Source: Chloroflexota bacterium
GTDB lineage: Bacteria; Chloroflexota; Dehalococcoidia; Lucifugimonadales; UBA3495
Length of the DNA stretch: 51,617 nucleotides
Direction: 5' to 3'
NCBI GenBank assembly: GCA_027623675.1
Contig: JAQBVF010000026.1
Span: forward strand, 1 to 51,617
Shown here one piece after another: positions 9,160-20,575 of this stretch; the first letter of the stretch is position 1; each line of letters starts with the position of its first letter. Below the pieces are notes generated by a model, which was given only the letters and a program-made list of their open reading frames with translations, did not search any database and was not told the DNA's origin. The position numbers and the translations under genes are program-made.

Positions 9160-9801
9160 ATGAACAAGACACTATCAGTAGTTATCGGAGCAATAATCGT
9201 CCTGGCCCTGGCGTGTTCCAGCGGCACGGCTGTCCCAACTCCAACGAGCATCCCGGACACCGCCACGCCTCCGCCGGCCCAAGAGTGGCAGCTGGAGGAT
9301 ATACAGGTGGATGGGAACACGGTGCGGGTCGCCCTGAGGGTGTTCGCCGGGATAGATGTGGATGTAACGATGGATGGGGAGCCACCCAGCCGGGTGGACG
9401 CCGCCGTTCCAATCATCGCGTATGTGTTTGATGATTTGGAAAGCGGAGAGCATCAGATTCTGATGTCAGACGTGGCTGGCTACAGCCAAACTGAGTCGGT
9501 GTCCGTGATTATTCCCAGGGGACCGGGACGCCCAATCCTCCCAGAGTGGCTGACGAAATGGGTGGCTGAGTTGAACGCCGGAGAGGTTGAATTCCCGCCC
9601 TTATCCATCACCAAGTACCAGTACGAAGGAGAGACGGTCTATTTCGTGGTGAAGCAGTGCTGCGACCAGTTCAGCGACCTGCTGGACGCCGATGGCAACC
9701 TGATCGGCCACCCCAACGGCGGCATCACCGGCCAGGGCGACGGAAAGACTTTCTTCTCCACCGACGGCCAGAAGGGTGAAGGGGTCTGGTCCGCCCCTTA
9801 G
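9160..9801 (+). CDS. lipoprotein, C-terminal DUF6970-like domain
   Basis: Lipobox LALAC, Pro/Thr linker, CCDQFS.L.D.DGN.I.HP.GGITG.GDG. Confidence 0.78.
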   Translation: MNKTLSVVIGAIIVLALACSSGTAVPTPTSIPDTATPPPAQEWQLEDIQVDGNTVRVALRVFAGIDVDVTMDGEPPSRVDAAVPIIAYVFDDLESGEHQILMSDVAGYSQTESVSVIIPRGPGRPILPEWLTKWVAELNAGEVEFPPLSITKYQYEGETVYFVVKQCCDQFSDLLDADGNLIGHPNGGITGQGDGKTFFSTDGQKGEGVWSAP

Positions 9802-9813
9802 TTTAGAGAACCC

Positions 9814-10734
9814 CTAGCCTTCGTTCACCCACGCCGTGATCAGGTGGTGGGCGATGGCGATGGGCTGGGGCACGGCCAGGGACGCGTTCTTGCCCTGGAG
9901 GGCGGCGGACACCTCTTCCCGGGTGAACCACCTCACGTCGTTCATCTCGTCCTCGTCAAAGTTGATCTCGGTCGTGGCCGCATCGGCATGGCAGCCGATC
10001 ATCAACGATGATGGGAAGGGCCAAGGCTGGGAAGAATGATACCGCACATCGCCCACCTGGATGCCGGCCTCCTCCATCACCTCGCGGGCCACCGCTTCCT
10101 CGATGGACTCGCCCTGGTCCACGAACCCGGCCAGCGCCGAATAGGTGTTGGTGCGCGACAACCGGCCCCGGCGGGACTGTCCCAGCAGGCAGCGGTCGCC
10201 GTCGGAAACCACCACGATGATTACGGGGTCGGTGCGGGGGTAGTTCTCAGTCTCGCATTTGGAACATTTGCGCACCTGGCCGCCGCGCTTGACGAACGTC
10301 TCCCCGCCGCAGATGGCGCAGAAGCCGTTGCGGTTGTGCCAGTTGATCTGGGCCCTGGCCTGGGCGACGATCCCGGAATCCGGGCCGTTCAGTATCTCCG
10401 TCACCGACCTGGCGTCCACGAACCGGTATCCGTTGTCCTCGTTGAGTTCGGCGACGGCTTTTTCCTGGCCGGAGATGTCGACGGCGAAATGGGAGATACC
10501 ATCCAACAATCCCAGAAACACCGGGCTGGCATTAACGCTCAGGCGCTCCAGGTCGGCAGTCCCGACCCAACACAAGCATCCGCCTTCATGGTCAGTCACC
10601 AGCACATTCAAGTCCCGCAGGGGCAGAAACTTGCTGGTGGGGTCATGGGCCATATCGGCTAGCCACTGGTCGTCGCGGCGTTCTTTCTCACCGCGGTCAA
10701 CGGGATTTCCAGAGTAAACGTGAGAGTAATTCAA
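9814..10734 (-). CDS. nudC: NAD(+)/NADH diphosphatase
   Basis: Zn ribbon FC..CG..C..C, YPRTDP, Nudix box AGFVDQGES.EEAVAREVMEEAG, SQPWPFPSSLM. Confidence 0.95.
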   Translation of the reverse strand: MNYSHVYSGNPVDRGEKERRDDQWLADMAHDPTSKFLPLRDLNVLVTDHEGGCLCWVGTADLERLSVNASPVFLGLLDGISHFAVDISGQEKAVAELNEDNGYRFVDARSVTEILNGPDSGIVAQARAQINWHNRNGFCAICGGETFVKRGGQVRKCSKCETENYPRTDPVIIVVVSDGDRCLLGQSRRGRLSRTNTYSALAGFVDQGESIEEAVAREVMEEAGIQVGDVRYHSSQPWPFPSSLMIGCHADAATTEINFDEDEMNDVRWFTREEVSAALQGKNASLAVPQPIAIAHHLITAWVNEG

Positions 10735-11109
10735 CGGTTCGTTCCTCGATTCCTGATTTGTCGCCCGGACGTCCTAGATTTAGGGGAAAAGCCCAAGCGG
10801 ATCGTTTCCTATTCTGAGAGGCCGACCGGGATAAGTCCAACGGAGCTAACCGGACGGCGGGATTATACTAGATTGGAGCGCCGGGACCTGCTCGGTCGAG
10901 ACCGGTCCACCGGAACACCCACTAGCGAAACTAACCAGTTGGCGAACGCCAGCACCGTAGCTCCATATTAATTTATACCAGAGAGCCTCCCCACGGCCAG
11001 GCACGGTCTTGCCGTAGGGAGGCTCTCTGGTTATGATGCGCCCAGACCATGCAGGGACGGGATCCAGCCGTCCCCACACTAAGATTCTTCAGTCAACAGG
11101 GAGGACCAG

Positions 11110-11664
11110 ATGGCCCGAACACCCACCGTAACCCGAGACCAAGTGCCCGAGAAATACCGCGAGGCCTTTGACCATGAGGTGGCGATCAGCCGGAACGCCA
11201 TGGAGAACGGGCCAGGCTCGGTGATGATCAATAGCCCGGAGATGCGCAAGCGCGCCAACCACCTGGTCTTCTACTTCCGGGAGGAGTCGGAGCTGCCTCA
11301 GAACATTCAGGAACTGCTCATGATCATGACGGCGCGGGCCAAGGACTGCCAGTACATCTGGTACGCCCACGCCGCCCGGGCCCGAAAAGAAGGAATCAGC
11401 GACCAGTTCGTGGACGCCCTTCGCGACAGGAAGCCCCTGCCCAAGCTGGCCGGGGCAGAGCAGATCGTCGTGGACTACGCCACCGAGCTGTTCGCCACCA
11501 ACCGGGTCAGCCCGGCCACCTTCCAGGCCGCTCTGGACCATTTCGGCGCCCTGCTCCTGACCGAATTGACCACGATGATGGGGTACTATTCCATGTTGGC
11601 CTTGAATGTGAACGCCTTTGAGGTCGACCGGCCCGAAGGCGGCGAGGCGCCCCTGCTGGTATAG
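11110..11664 (+). CDS. carboxymuconolactone decarboxylase/AhpD-like protein
   Basis: EL.I..TAR..DCQYIWYAH..ARKEG, ELT..MGYY; GGAGG RBS. Confidence 0.85.
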   Translation: MARTPTVTRDQVPEKYREAFDHEVAISRNAMENGPGSVMINSPEMRKRANHLVFYFREESELPQNIQELLMIMTARAKDCQYIWYAHAARARKEGISDQFVDALRDRKPLPKLAGAEQIVVDYATELFATNRVSPATFQAALDHFGALLLTELTTMMGYYSMLALNVNAFEVDRPEGGEAPLLV

Positions 11665-11683
11665 GCGAAAAGGTCCGGCATCT

Positions 11684-12682
11684 CTAAAGCCGGTAAACGC
11701 GGGCGGCGGTGTCGTGGAACAGCGACGCCTTCTCACTGTCAGTGAAATCGTGGGCCAGGCGTTTGAATGCGTTCCACAGTACGGTGTACGAGCAGGCCAG
11801 CTTGTCCACCGGAAAGTTGCTTTCAAACATGCAGCGGTCCGCGCCGAACTGCTCGATGCAGTGGAGGTAGTAGGGCGCGGTGCCCTGGGCCAGTTCCCGG
11901 GAGGCCGTCGGCATGGGGCGTTCGTGCCAGTCGAAACCGCAGACCGGCATGACCAGCCCGCCGACCTTGACCACCACGTTGGGGCAGGCCGCCAACGCCG
12001 ACATGCTCTGCTTCCAATCTTCGAGTACCTGGCCGCGCTTGCCGGCGTAGGGCCCCACCCCCAACGGACCTCCGACGTGGTTCAAGATGATGGTCACGCC
12101 GGGAAAGGCGTTGGCCAGGTCGGCCAGTCCCGCCAGTTGGGTGTGATACAGATAGGCATCGAAGCTCAAGCCCATCCGGCCCAGCACGGCGAACCCCTCC
12201 CGGAACTTGGTGTCGGCCAGCAGGTTTTCGAGGAATGGGCGGGGGCGGGGTACATCGGGACTGGGGTCGGAAGCCGAGATGTGACGGACGCCACGGAACC
12301 GGCCGCTGGCCGCCTGATGCGCCTCCAACACGGGTGTCACGGCATCACCCAGGGTCAGGTCGGCGAACCCCACGATCCCCGCCGCCACCTTGGTGTCCCC
12401 ATACTGGCCGCTGTTGCTCTGGGCCACGATGCCCTGGACGAATTCGGTCTCGCCCAGGGACTTCATCTCCTCCGGACCGTCTTTCCGGTACATCGACTGG
12501 CATTCAATGAATACGGTCTGCACCACGTTGTGGCCGCCGCTCAGGTCCAGCAGCAGGTCGTCCAGGAAATAGCGGTTTCCGGGCCGGTCCCAGAAATGAT
12601 GATGGGGGTCGCAGATCGGAATCTCCGGCTCAAGGGCATCTTCTATCGTCAGGTCCAGCCATCTTCTGTGTTCAGCGGTCAT
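11684..12682 (-). CDS. amidohydrolase family protein (Amidohydro_2)
   Basis: DPHHHFWD, ILNHVGGP, VVVKVGG, MFESNFPVD; start placed at ATG 12682 with GGAG RBS. Confidence 0.9.
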   Translation of the reverse strand: MTAEHRRWLDLTIEDALEPEIPICDPHHHFWDRPGNRYFLDDLLLDLSGGHNVVQTVFIECQSMYRKDGPEEMKSLGETEFVQGIVAQSNSGQYGDTKVAAGIVGFADLTLGDAVTPVLEAHQAASGRFRGVRHISASDPSPDVPRPRPFLENLLADTKFREGFAVLGRMGLSFDAYLYHTQLAGLADLANAFPGVTIILNHVGGPLGVGPYAGKRGQVLEDWKQSMSALAACPNVVVKVGGLVMPVCGFDWHERPMPTASRELAQGTAPYYLHCIEQFGADRCMFESNFPVDKLACSYTVLWNAFKRLAHDFTDSEKASLFHDTAARVYRL

Positions 12683-12938
12683 GGTTGCTCCTAAACAGCC
12701 TCCGGCGAGTGGGGCCAGGCTTAAATTAGCACTTTCCGCCGGCAACCGCCACGTGGCCCTCGGTTGAAGACCCAAAGATGGCCCGATGGACCGGCCGCAG
12801 GCGTGGGCACAGTGCTTGAATATGCTCTGATTCCTGGCGGCCCGGCAGCCTCGATAATTCGACCCGCAACAGTTACAATATTGCACGTTACCGCACCATT
12901 AATCAGAGCCGATCTCTTCCCCAGCCAGGGAGGTTAAT

Positions 12939-14072
12939 ATGACCACCACCAAGCGCGACAAGAGTCTGATCGTAATTCAACTCACCGGCGGCAATGACTA
13001 CCTGAACACCGTCGTTCCCTACGGCGAGGGACGGTATTACGACTCCCGTTCCACGGTCAACATCCCACAAGACCGGGTCATACCCCTCGACGGCAAAGTC
13101 GGGTTCAATCCCAGCATGGGGGCCATGAAGTCGTTGTGGGATGAGGGCAAGGTTGCCGTGATCAACGGCATCGGCTACCAGACGCCCAACCGCTCCCATT
13201 TCCGGTCCATGGACATCTGGCACACCGCCGAGCCCGACGCCATCGGGAAGGAAGGCTGGCTGGGCCGGGCCATCAGAGACTTCGACCCGGGGGGCGAGAA
13301 CGTGCTCACCGGCATCAACTTTGGCCGCGGCCTGCCCCGGTCGCTGGCCTGCCAGGGCGTGTCGGTTGCGTCGGTGGGCGATCTGGCGACCTACGGCCTG
13401 TTCCCAGACGTAGAGGACGAAGAATTGCGAATGTTCACCCTGGAGGCTTTCGCCCGGATGTACGGCAACACCGCCGGACGGGACCCGGTGCTTAACTTCC
13501 TGGGGCAGACCGGTCAGGACGCGCTCCACGGGGCCGACATCCTCCGCACCGCTCCCGCCATGTACTCGTCATCGGTGGAATACGCGCCAAACTCTCTGGC
13601 CCAGAACGTGAAGAGCATCTCCCAGGTATTCCATGCCGGCCTGGGCGCCAGGGTCCTGTACACCACCCACGCCAGCTTCGACACCCATTCGGGCGAGCTG
13701 CCCACCCACGCCAAGCTGTGGGACGAGGTGTCGGGGGCTGTCGGCTGCCTGATGGACGACCTGAAGGAGCACGGCCGCGAAGATGACGCCGCCATCCTGA
13801 TCTTCTCCGAGTTCGGCCGGCGCATCAAGGACAACGGCTCGGGCAGCGACCACGGCTCGGGCGGCGTTGCGTTCCTCATCGGCGGCGCGGTCGAAGGCGG
13901 CATGTACGGCGAATACCCTTCGCTGGCCGAAGCCGAACAACTGGAAGGCGACCTGCGGTCGAACAACGACTTCCGCTCGGTGTACACCGACATCCTTGAG
14001 GACTGGTGGGGCTTGGACGCCGCGCCCATCGTTAATGGACAGTTCGAGAAACTAAACGTCTTCCGTTCTTAA
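12939..14072 (+). CDS. DUF1501 family protein (module 1)
   Basis: QLTGGNDYLNT, PNRSHFRS.DIW, FDTH, FSEFGRR, GSDHG; no Tat signal. Confidence 0.92.
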   Translation: MTTTKRDKSLIVIQLTGGNDYLNTVVPYGEGRYYDSRSTVNIPQDRVIPLDGKVGFNPSMGAMKSLWDEGKVAVINGIGYQTPNRSHFRSMDIWHTAEPDAIGKEGWLGRAIRDFDPGGENVLTGINFGRGLPRSLACQGVSVASVGDLATYGLFPDVEDEELRMFTLEAFARMYGNTAGRDPVLNFLGQTGQDALHGADILRTAPAMYSSSVEYAPNSLAQNVKSISQVFHAGLGARVLYTTHASFDTHSGELPTHAKLWDEVSGAVGCLMDDLKEHGREDDAAILIFSEFGRRIKDNGSGSDHGSGGVAFLIGGAVEGGMYGEYPSLAEAEQLEGDLRSNNDFRSVYTDILEDWWGLDAAPIVNGQFEKLNVFRS

Positions 14073-14108
14073 CCCGTTCCAATCTCAGCCAGCAAGCCAA
14101 CCCGATTC

Positions 14109-15542
14109 ATGACGAGGTCAGTGATGATAAGCAACGACACCGCATTGATGGCCCACCTGCTGCGGCGAGCCGGATTTGGCGCCAGCCGTGACGAATTGGA
14201 AAAGTACCTGGCAATGGGCTACGACGGCGCCGTGGAGACGCTGCTCAACCCGTCCGACCCTGGCAACATGCCCGACGACCTGATCCGCCGTTACCATGTG
14301 GAGCAGTCGGAACTGCGCGACCTCGCCGGTTCCGCCGCCTACTGGATGTACCGCATGATCAGCACCACCTCTCCCATGGAGGAGAAGATCGCCCTCTTCT
14401 GGCACAGCCTGTTCGCCACCGGATACGCCAAGCTCAACCAGGCGCGCTCCCTGCTCAACCAGGTGGACATGTTCCGACGGTCCGGTCTCGAAAACTTCCA
14501 GGACCTTCTGCTGGAGCTCTCTAGAGACCCAGCGATGATCCTTTGGCTGGACAACAACGAGAACCACGGCACGGCGGTCAACGAGAACTATGGCCGGGAG
14601 CTTCTAGAGCTGTTCTCCATGGGCATCGGCAACTACAGCGAGGACGACGTCAAGGAGTGCGCCCGGGCCTTCACCGGCTGGACGCTGGGCAACGCCGAAT
14701 ACATGGCCATCCGGGCCGCCAAGGACTCCATCTGGCCCTATGGCCGGATCGCTTGGCACTTCGAGTACCGGGACGAGGACCACGACGGCGGCGAAAAGAC
14801 GTTCTTGGGAGAGACCGGCCGGTTCAACGGCGAAGATATCATCGCAATCATCGTCAAGCAGGAGTCCACGGCCCGGTTCCTGGCCACCCGGCTCTTCGAG
14901 TTCTTCGCCGCCGATAAGGTGACCGAAGCGGGTGAGAAGGTTATCGGCGAGATGATGGCAACCTATTTCTCGTCGGGATACCAGGTACGGGACATGCTGC
15001 GCACACTGTTCCACTCCGATTATTTCAGGTCGGAGGAAGCCCGGTTCGCCCGGGTGAAGGGGCCCGCCGAGATGGTGGTCGGCGCCATCCGCATGGCTGG
15101 CAACTACCAGAACCCGGCCTTGGGCATCGAGAAAGTCTCCAACGCCATGCTCTACATGGGCCAGGGCCTGCTGCAGCCGCCTTCAGTGGAAGGCTGGCAC
15201 GAGGGTCTGGAATGGATCAACAGCGGCGCGTTGGTCGAGCGGGTCAACTTCGCCGCCAAGGAACTGTCCAACGTCAAAAGCCCCGGCGTCAGGTCCATCA
15301 TCGACCGGCTGGAGGCTGGTTCTAAAAACGGCGTCATCGAGCCAACGGACCTGGCCGACCGCTGCCTGGACCTGCTCGGCCCCATCCAGGTATCCGAAGA
15401 CACACGGTCGGTGCTGGTGGACTACGCCACACGCCAGGGCGACCTGCACCTGGCCGGGCATCAACCTGGCGACGAGGCCGAGCAACGTGTCGGTAACATG
15501 CTCCGGTTGGTCGCGGCGACCAAAGAGTACCAACTCGCCTAG
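14109..15542 (+). CDS. DUF1800 family protein (module 1)
   Basis: AHLLRRAGFG, EK.ALFWH..FAT, WLDN, NENYGRELLELF, ARAFTGW, PPSVEGW. Confidence 0.92.
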   Translation: MTRSVMISNDTALMAHLLRRAGFGASRDELEKYLAMGYDGAVETLLNPSDPGNMPDDLIRRYHVEQSELRDLAGSAAYWMYRMISTTSPMEEKIALFWHSLFATGYAKLNQARSLLNQVDMFRRSGLENFQDLLLELSRDPAMILWLDNNENHGTAVNENYGRELLELFSMGIGNYSEDDVKECARAFTGWTLGNAEYMAIRAAKDSIWPYGRIAWHFEYRDEDHDGGEKTFLGETGRFNGEDIIAIIVKQESTARFLATRLFEFFAADKVTEAGEKVIGEMMATYFSSGYQVRDMLRTLFHSDYFRSEEARFARVKGPAEMVVGAIRMAGNYQNPALGIEKVSNAMLYMGQGLLQPPSVEGWHEGLEWINSGALVERVNFAAKELSNVKSPGVRSIIDRLEAGSKNGVIEPTDLADRCLDLLGPIQVSEDTRSVLVDYATRQGDLHLAGHQPGDEAEQRVGNMLRLVAATKEYQLA

Positions 15543-15575
15543 ACCCGCCATATCGATTCCAGCAAAGGGGGCGGC

Positions 15576-16607
15576 TTGAGCACCCAGACACAGTCACCCA
15601 GTATCGCCCTGGACTACGTTAAGACCATTGGCATCGTGAACAACGGCCTGAATGGCCGCGGGTTCGCCAACCCCTACGACACGGCGGTGGACAGCGACGG
15701 CAATATCTATGTGCTGAACCGCTGCGACCCGGCCCGGGCCTCGGCCATCCGGGTGGGAGTCTGCAATCTGGACGAGGAATACCTGCGCGAGTTCGGCCGG
15801 GGCAACGGCTCGGGCGACGGGCAATTCATCTGGGTGGTGGCCATGGCTTTGGGGAGCGGCAATCGCCTGTTCATCACCGACGAATACAACCACCGGGTAA
15901 CCGTCTACGACACCGGTGGGAATTACCTGTCCCATTGGGGCGTCGCCGGGTCGGGAGACGGCGAACTGAATGGCCCCGCGGGCATCGCCATCGACTCCAC
16001 GGGCAGCGTTATCGTGGTTGACCAGCACAACTCCAGGGTCCAGAAGTTCACCGACGACGGCAAGTTCATCGCCGCTTGGGGCTCTTTCGGCAGCGGCGAG
16101 GGCCAATTCAACTTGCCCTGGGGCGTCGCCGTCGACGGCCAAGACAACGTCTACGTCTGCGATTGGCGGAACGACCGCATCCAGAAATTCAGCAACGACG
16201 GCGAGTTTCTGGCCGCTTACGGGGAGCCGGGTTACGGCGAAGGACAGTTCCAACGGCCAACCGGAGTTGCCGTCGACCCTGAGGGCTTCATCTACGTGGC
16301 CGATTGGGGCAACGAAAGGGTGCAGGTGCTGGGTCCCGACGGCGGCTTCCAGTTGCTGCTGCATGGCGAGGCCACGGTTTCCAAATGGGCCGAGGACTAT
16401 TTCGCCTCCAACCCGGAGGAGAAGGCCGAGCGGGATAGCGCCAACCTCAAACCCGACCTGCCTTCTCACCTGAACACGCCCTATCACGTCTCCTCCCAGA
16501 CCGAACCGTATTTCTGGGGGCCTGTGTCGGTCACCCTGGACAGCCAGGGCCGACTGTACGTGGCCGAGACCAACCGCCACCGATTGCAGGTCTACCGGAA
16601 ACGCTAG
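15576..16607 (+). CDS. NHL-repeat beta-propeller protein (module 1)
   Basis: Repeated G.G.G.F..P.G.AVD..G.VYV.D..N.R.QKF units. Confidence 0.9.
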   Translation: MSTQTQSPSIALDYVKTIGIVNNGLNGRGFANPYDTAVDSDGNIYVLNRCDPARASAIRVGVCNLDEEYLREFGRGNGSGDGQFIWVVAMALGSGNRLFITDEYNHRVTVYDTGGNYLSHWGVAGSGDGELNGPAGIAIDSTGSVIVVDQHNSRVQKFTDDGKFIAAWGSFGSGEGQFNLPWGVAVDGQDNVYVCDWRNDRIQKFSNDGEFLAAYGEPGYGEGQFQRPTGVAVDPEGFIYVADWGNERVQVLGPDGGFQLLLHGEATVSKWAEDYFASNPEEKAERDSANLKPDLPSHLNTPYHVSSQTEPYFWGPVSVTLDSQGRLYVAETNRHRLQVYRKR

Positions 16608-16671
16608 CCATGCCCTAACGGGCATTCCCCTTAGGATCCGAACTTTGGTCAGCCTGATAGGAGCCTGAGCC

Positions 16672-17823
<1,152 letters not shown>

Positions 17824-17847
17824 GCCAGCGATATAGGGAGGCGGCAG

Positions 17848-18852
17848 ATGCAGATCGGAAGCGGCGCGAACACCTACGAATGGCAGGACTCCTGGGCCGC
17901 GATACCGGACTCAGCGACCAAGCGGGAGGGTTGGGCGCACCACGGGGTTGCGGTGACCGGGTCTGGCCAGATCATCACCTACCACCCGGGAGACCAGACG
18001 ATGCTGGTCCTGGACCAGGACGGTAGTTTCGTCCGGTCATGGCAGGTGGACCTGGCCGACGCCCACGGCATTACCCTGGTCAACGAGGGCGGACAGGAAA
18101 TGCTCTGGATCGCCGACAACGGCCGCAAACGCCAACCCGGCATCGGCTACGACTACCCCGCCGGCGGCGCGCGCGGTCAGGTGCTGAAGATGGACCTGGA
18201 AGGCAACGTGCTGGCCAGCCTGACGCGCCCCGATCTGGATGTGTACCGCGAGGGCATGTACTCGCCTACCTGGGTCGCGGTCAACGAGGAACGTCACGGC
18301 GGGAACGGCGACGTTTGGGTGGCCGACGGCTACGGCCAGAGCTACGTACACCGCTATGACAAGGCCGGCAACCACATCGCCAGTATCACCGGTGAAGAGG
18401 GCGAGGCCGGCCGGTTCAACTGCCCCCACGCCATCTTTATCGACCGCCGCGGCCCGGGCCCCGAACTCTACGTGGCCGACCGGGCCAATGGCCGAGTGCA
18501 GGTCTACGACCTGGAGGGCAGATACCTAAGGACGTTCGGCGGCGATTTCCTGACCACTCCCAGCGGGTTCGCCGTGCACCGCGGCACGTTGGTCATCGCC
18601 GAACTTCGCGCCCGGTTGACCCTGTGTGACGAGGAAGACGAGTTCCTCTGCTACCTGGGCGCCAACGAGCAAGTGTGCGAAGTGGAAGGCTGGCCCAACA
18701 ACAAGGACGTTTCGGGGAAAGTCATCGCCACCAGTCTGCTGGAAACCGGCAAGTTCAACAGCCCCCACGGGCTGGCGGCCGACCCCCAGGGAAACCTGTA
18801 CGTCGCCGAATGGCTCATCGGTGGCCGGTTCGTTCGCCTGGGCAAGGCCTAG
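17848..18852 (+). CDS. NHL-repeat protein (peptidylamidoglycolate lyase-like propeller)
   Basis: HHGV, AHGI, VADGYG, FNCPHAI, VADRANGR.Q, FNSPHG, YVAEW. Confidence 0.82.
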   Translation: MQIGSGANTYEWQDSWAAIPDSATKREGWAHHGVAVTGSGQIITYHPGDQTMLVLDQDGSFVRSWQVDLADAHGITLVNEGGQEMLWIADNGRKRQPGIGYDYPAGGARGQVLKMDLEGNVLASLTRPDLDVYREGMYSPTWVAVNEERHGGNGDVWVADGYGQSYVHRYDKAGNHIASITGEEGEAGRFNCPHAIFIDRRGPGPELYVADRANGRVQVYDLEGRYLRTFGGDFLTTPSGFAVHRGTLVIAELRARLTLCDEEDEFLCYLGANEQVCEVEGWPNNKDVSGKVIATSLLETGKFNSPHGLAADPQGNLYVAEWLIGGRFVRLGKA

Positions 18853-18920
18853 TCCGCAACCGGAAACCGTCTCAGCTGGCCTCTCAAATCAACGTAGAAT
18901 CAACGTAGAAGGTGGTAACC

Positions 18921-19781
18921 ATGTCCGTCGCCCGCGAAAAGTTCCGGCAGGTCATCGCCAGAGACACCTGCACCCTGGCCGCCAACATCTTCGACCCGCT
19001 GTCGGCCCGCATCGCCCACATGCTGGAATACGAGGTCTGCGTGCTGTCCGGCTCGGTGGGCAAGGTGGCCAACCTGGGCGTGCCCGACATCGTGCTGTCC
19101 AACATGTCGGACGTGGTGGACCACTGCCGGCGCATCACCCGTATCGCCGATGTCAGCCTGATGGTGGACGGCGAAGACGGCTTTGGCAACGCCGTGAACG
19201 TGGTGCGCACGGTGCGGGAGATGGAAGCTGCCGGCGTGGCTGCCATCGAGATCGAGGACAACTTCGTGCCCAAGCGGTTCAACGTCCAAGACCCTGGGCT
19301 GGTATCGAAGGAGGAGCAGGTTGGCAAGCTGAGGGCCGCGGTCGCCGCCCGCACCGACCCCACCACGGTCATAGTCGCCCGCTCCGCCGCCTTTGGGTTG
19401 TGTCCGCTGGACGAAGCGGTGGACCGCCTCGCCGCCTATTCGGAGACCGGGGCCGAAGGGGTTATGCTAACCGGCATCAAGAGCCGAGAGCAGATCGCAG
19501 CCGCCCACGCCGCCACGCCGCTGCCCTTGTTCGTGTTGAGTCCGCCGGCCGACGCCCGGAACGACGCCAAATTCCTGGCGGCCAACGGCGTGCGCATCCT
19601 CATGCTGGGCAATCCCGTATTCGCTGTGGCCGAGAAAGCCATCTACGACAGCTTGAAACATCTCAGGGAAGGCGGGGCGCTGGAAGACCTGGCCGAACGC
19701 CAAGCGCCCCCTGAGCTTCTGCGGGCGGTCAACCGGACCGATGAATTCATCAAGCTCCAAGAGGAATACCTACGGGACTGA
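18921..19781 (+). CDS. isocitrate lyase/PEP mutase family protein (oxaloacetate decarboxylase-like)
   Basis: FDPLSARIA, LSGS, PD, VDGEDGFGN, IED; lacks the KxCGH loop of the lyases. Confidence 0.85.
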   Translation: MSVAREKFRQVIARDTCTLAANIFDPLSARIAHMLEYEVCVLSGSVGKVANLGVPDIVLSNMSDVVDHCRRITRIADVSLMVDGEDGFGNAVNVVRTVREMEAAGVAAIEIEDNFVPKRFNVQDPGLVSKEEQVGKLRAAVAARTDPTTVIVARSAAFGLCPLDEAVDRLAAYSETGAEGVMLTGIKSREQIAAAHAATPLPLFVLSPPADARNDAKFLAANGVRILMLGNPVFAVAEKAIYDSLKHLREGGALEDLAERQAPPELLRAVNRTDEFIKLQEEYLRD

Positions 19782-19823
19782 TCACTGATACCGGATTTAG
19801 AAACCGCGACTTGCCGAGGTGTT

Positions 19824-20351
19824 ATGTCAGCTAACCACACAACCGTGTCAGCCCTGGAACGCAACTGGGAGATGGTGACCTCGGCCGTGTCCGAAGTGGA
19901 CGATGCGACCATGGCCATCCGCCCCAACGACGACTCCAATTCCATGAGTTGGCTGGTCTGGCACATGGCCCGCGTGGCCGACAGGTTCATCCACTTCCGG
20001 CTGATGGAGAAGCCCCAGATCTGGACCGCGGACGCGTGGCACTCGAAGTTCAAGATGGACGCCGACCCTCAGGACTTCGGCATGGGCTGGACCAACGAGC
20101 AGGCCGCCGCCTGGCAGGCGCCGCCGAAAGGCATCCTCATGGGTTATTTCGACAGGGTGAACACCGCCGTGGCCGACTATCTGCGAAACATGCCCGAGGC
20201 CGAGTTGGAGCGGGAGATCCAATGGACCCTGCCCACCGGGGTCATGCCGGTCAAAGAGGCCCTGAGCATCCTGGTGTGGGACAACATCGTCCACGGCGGG
20301 CAGGTGGCCTACCTGCGGGGCTACTTCCGGGGCGGCGGCTGGCACCGGTAG
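19824..20351 (+). CDS. DinB family protein
   Basis: NS..WLVWHMAR..D and D...HGGQVAYLRG. Confidence 0.88.
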   Translation: MSANHTTVSALERNWEMVTSAVSEVDDATMAIRPNDDSNSMSWLVWHMARVADRFIHFRLMEKPQIWTADAWHSKFKMDADPQDFGMGWTNEQAAAWQAPPKGILMGYFDRVNTAVADYLRNMPEAELEREIQWTLPTGVMPVKEALSILVWDNIVHGGQVAYLRGYFRGGGWHR

Positions 20352-20575
20352 GCTTCCGGGTCCCAACGACTATGAAGTTTAATAGTCGGCGGCTCCGAAA
20401 CTCTCCTACAACGCGATCTTGAGCAGCTCTTCGGGGAAGACGATCTGAATCGTTGACGTATGGGGGGATTGTGATGATCGAACTGATTGGGTCAAGCCCG
20501 GAGCTTATCCTGGGCCCAAAACCCTGTGGCATAATACCGCCCTAGCCCAGTTTGAGTTCCCAGGAGATGACGAAG

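Noticed and set aside
8967..9416. N-terminal extensions of the ORF-track calls 8445..9416, 11684..12886 and 5145..5564
   Set aside because: Family homology and RBS positions support internal starts at 8966, 12682 and 5474.
10760..10860. c-di-AMP (ydaO) riboswitch
   Set aside because: Only an AGCTAAC-like word matches; the other conserved blocks are absent.
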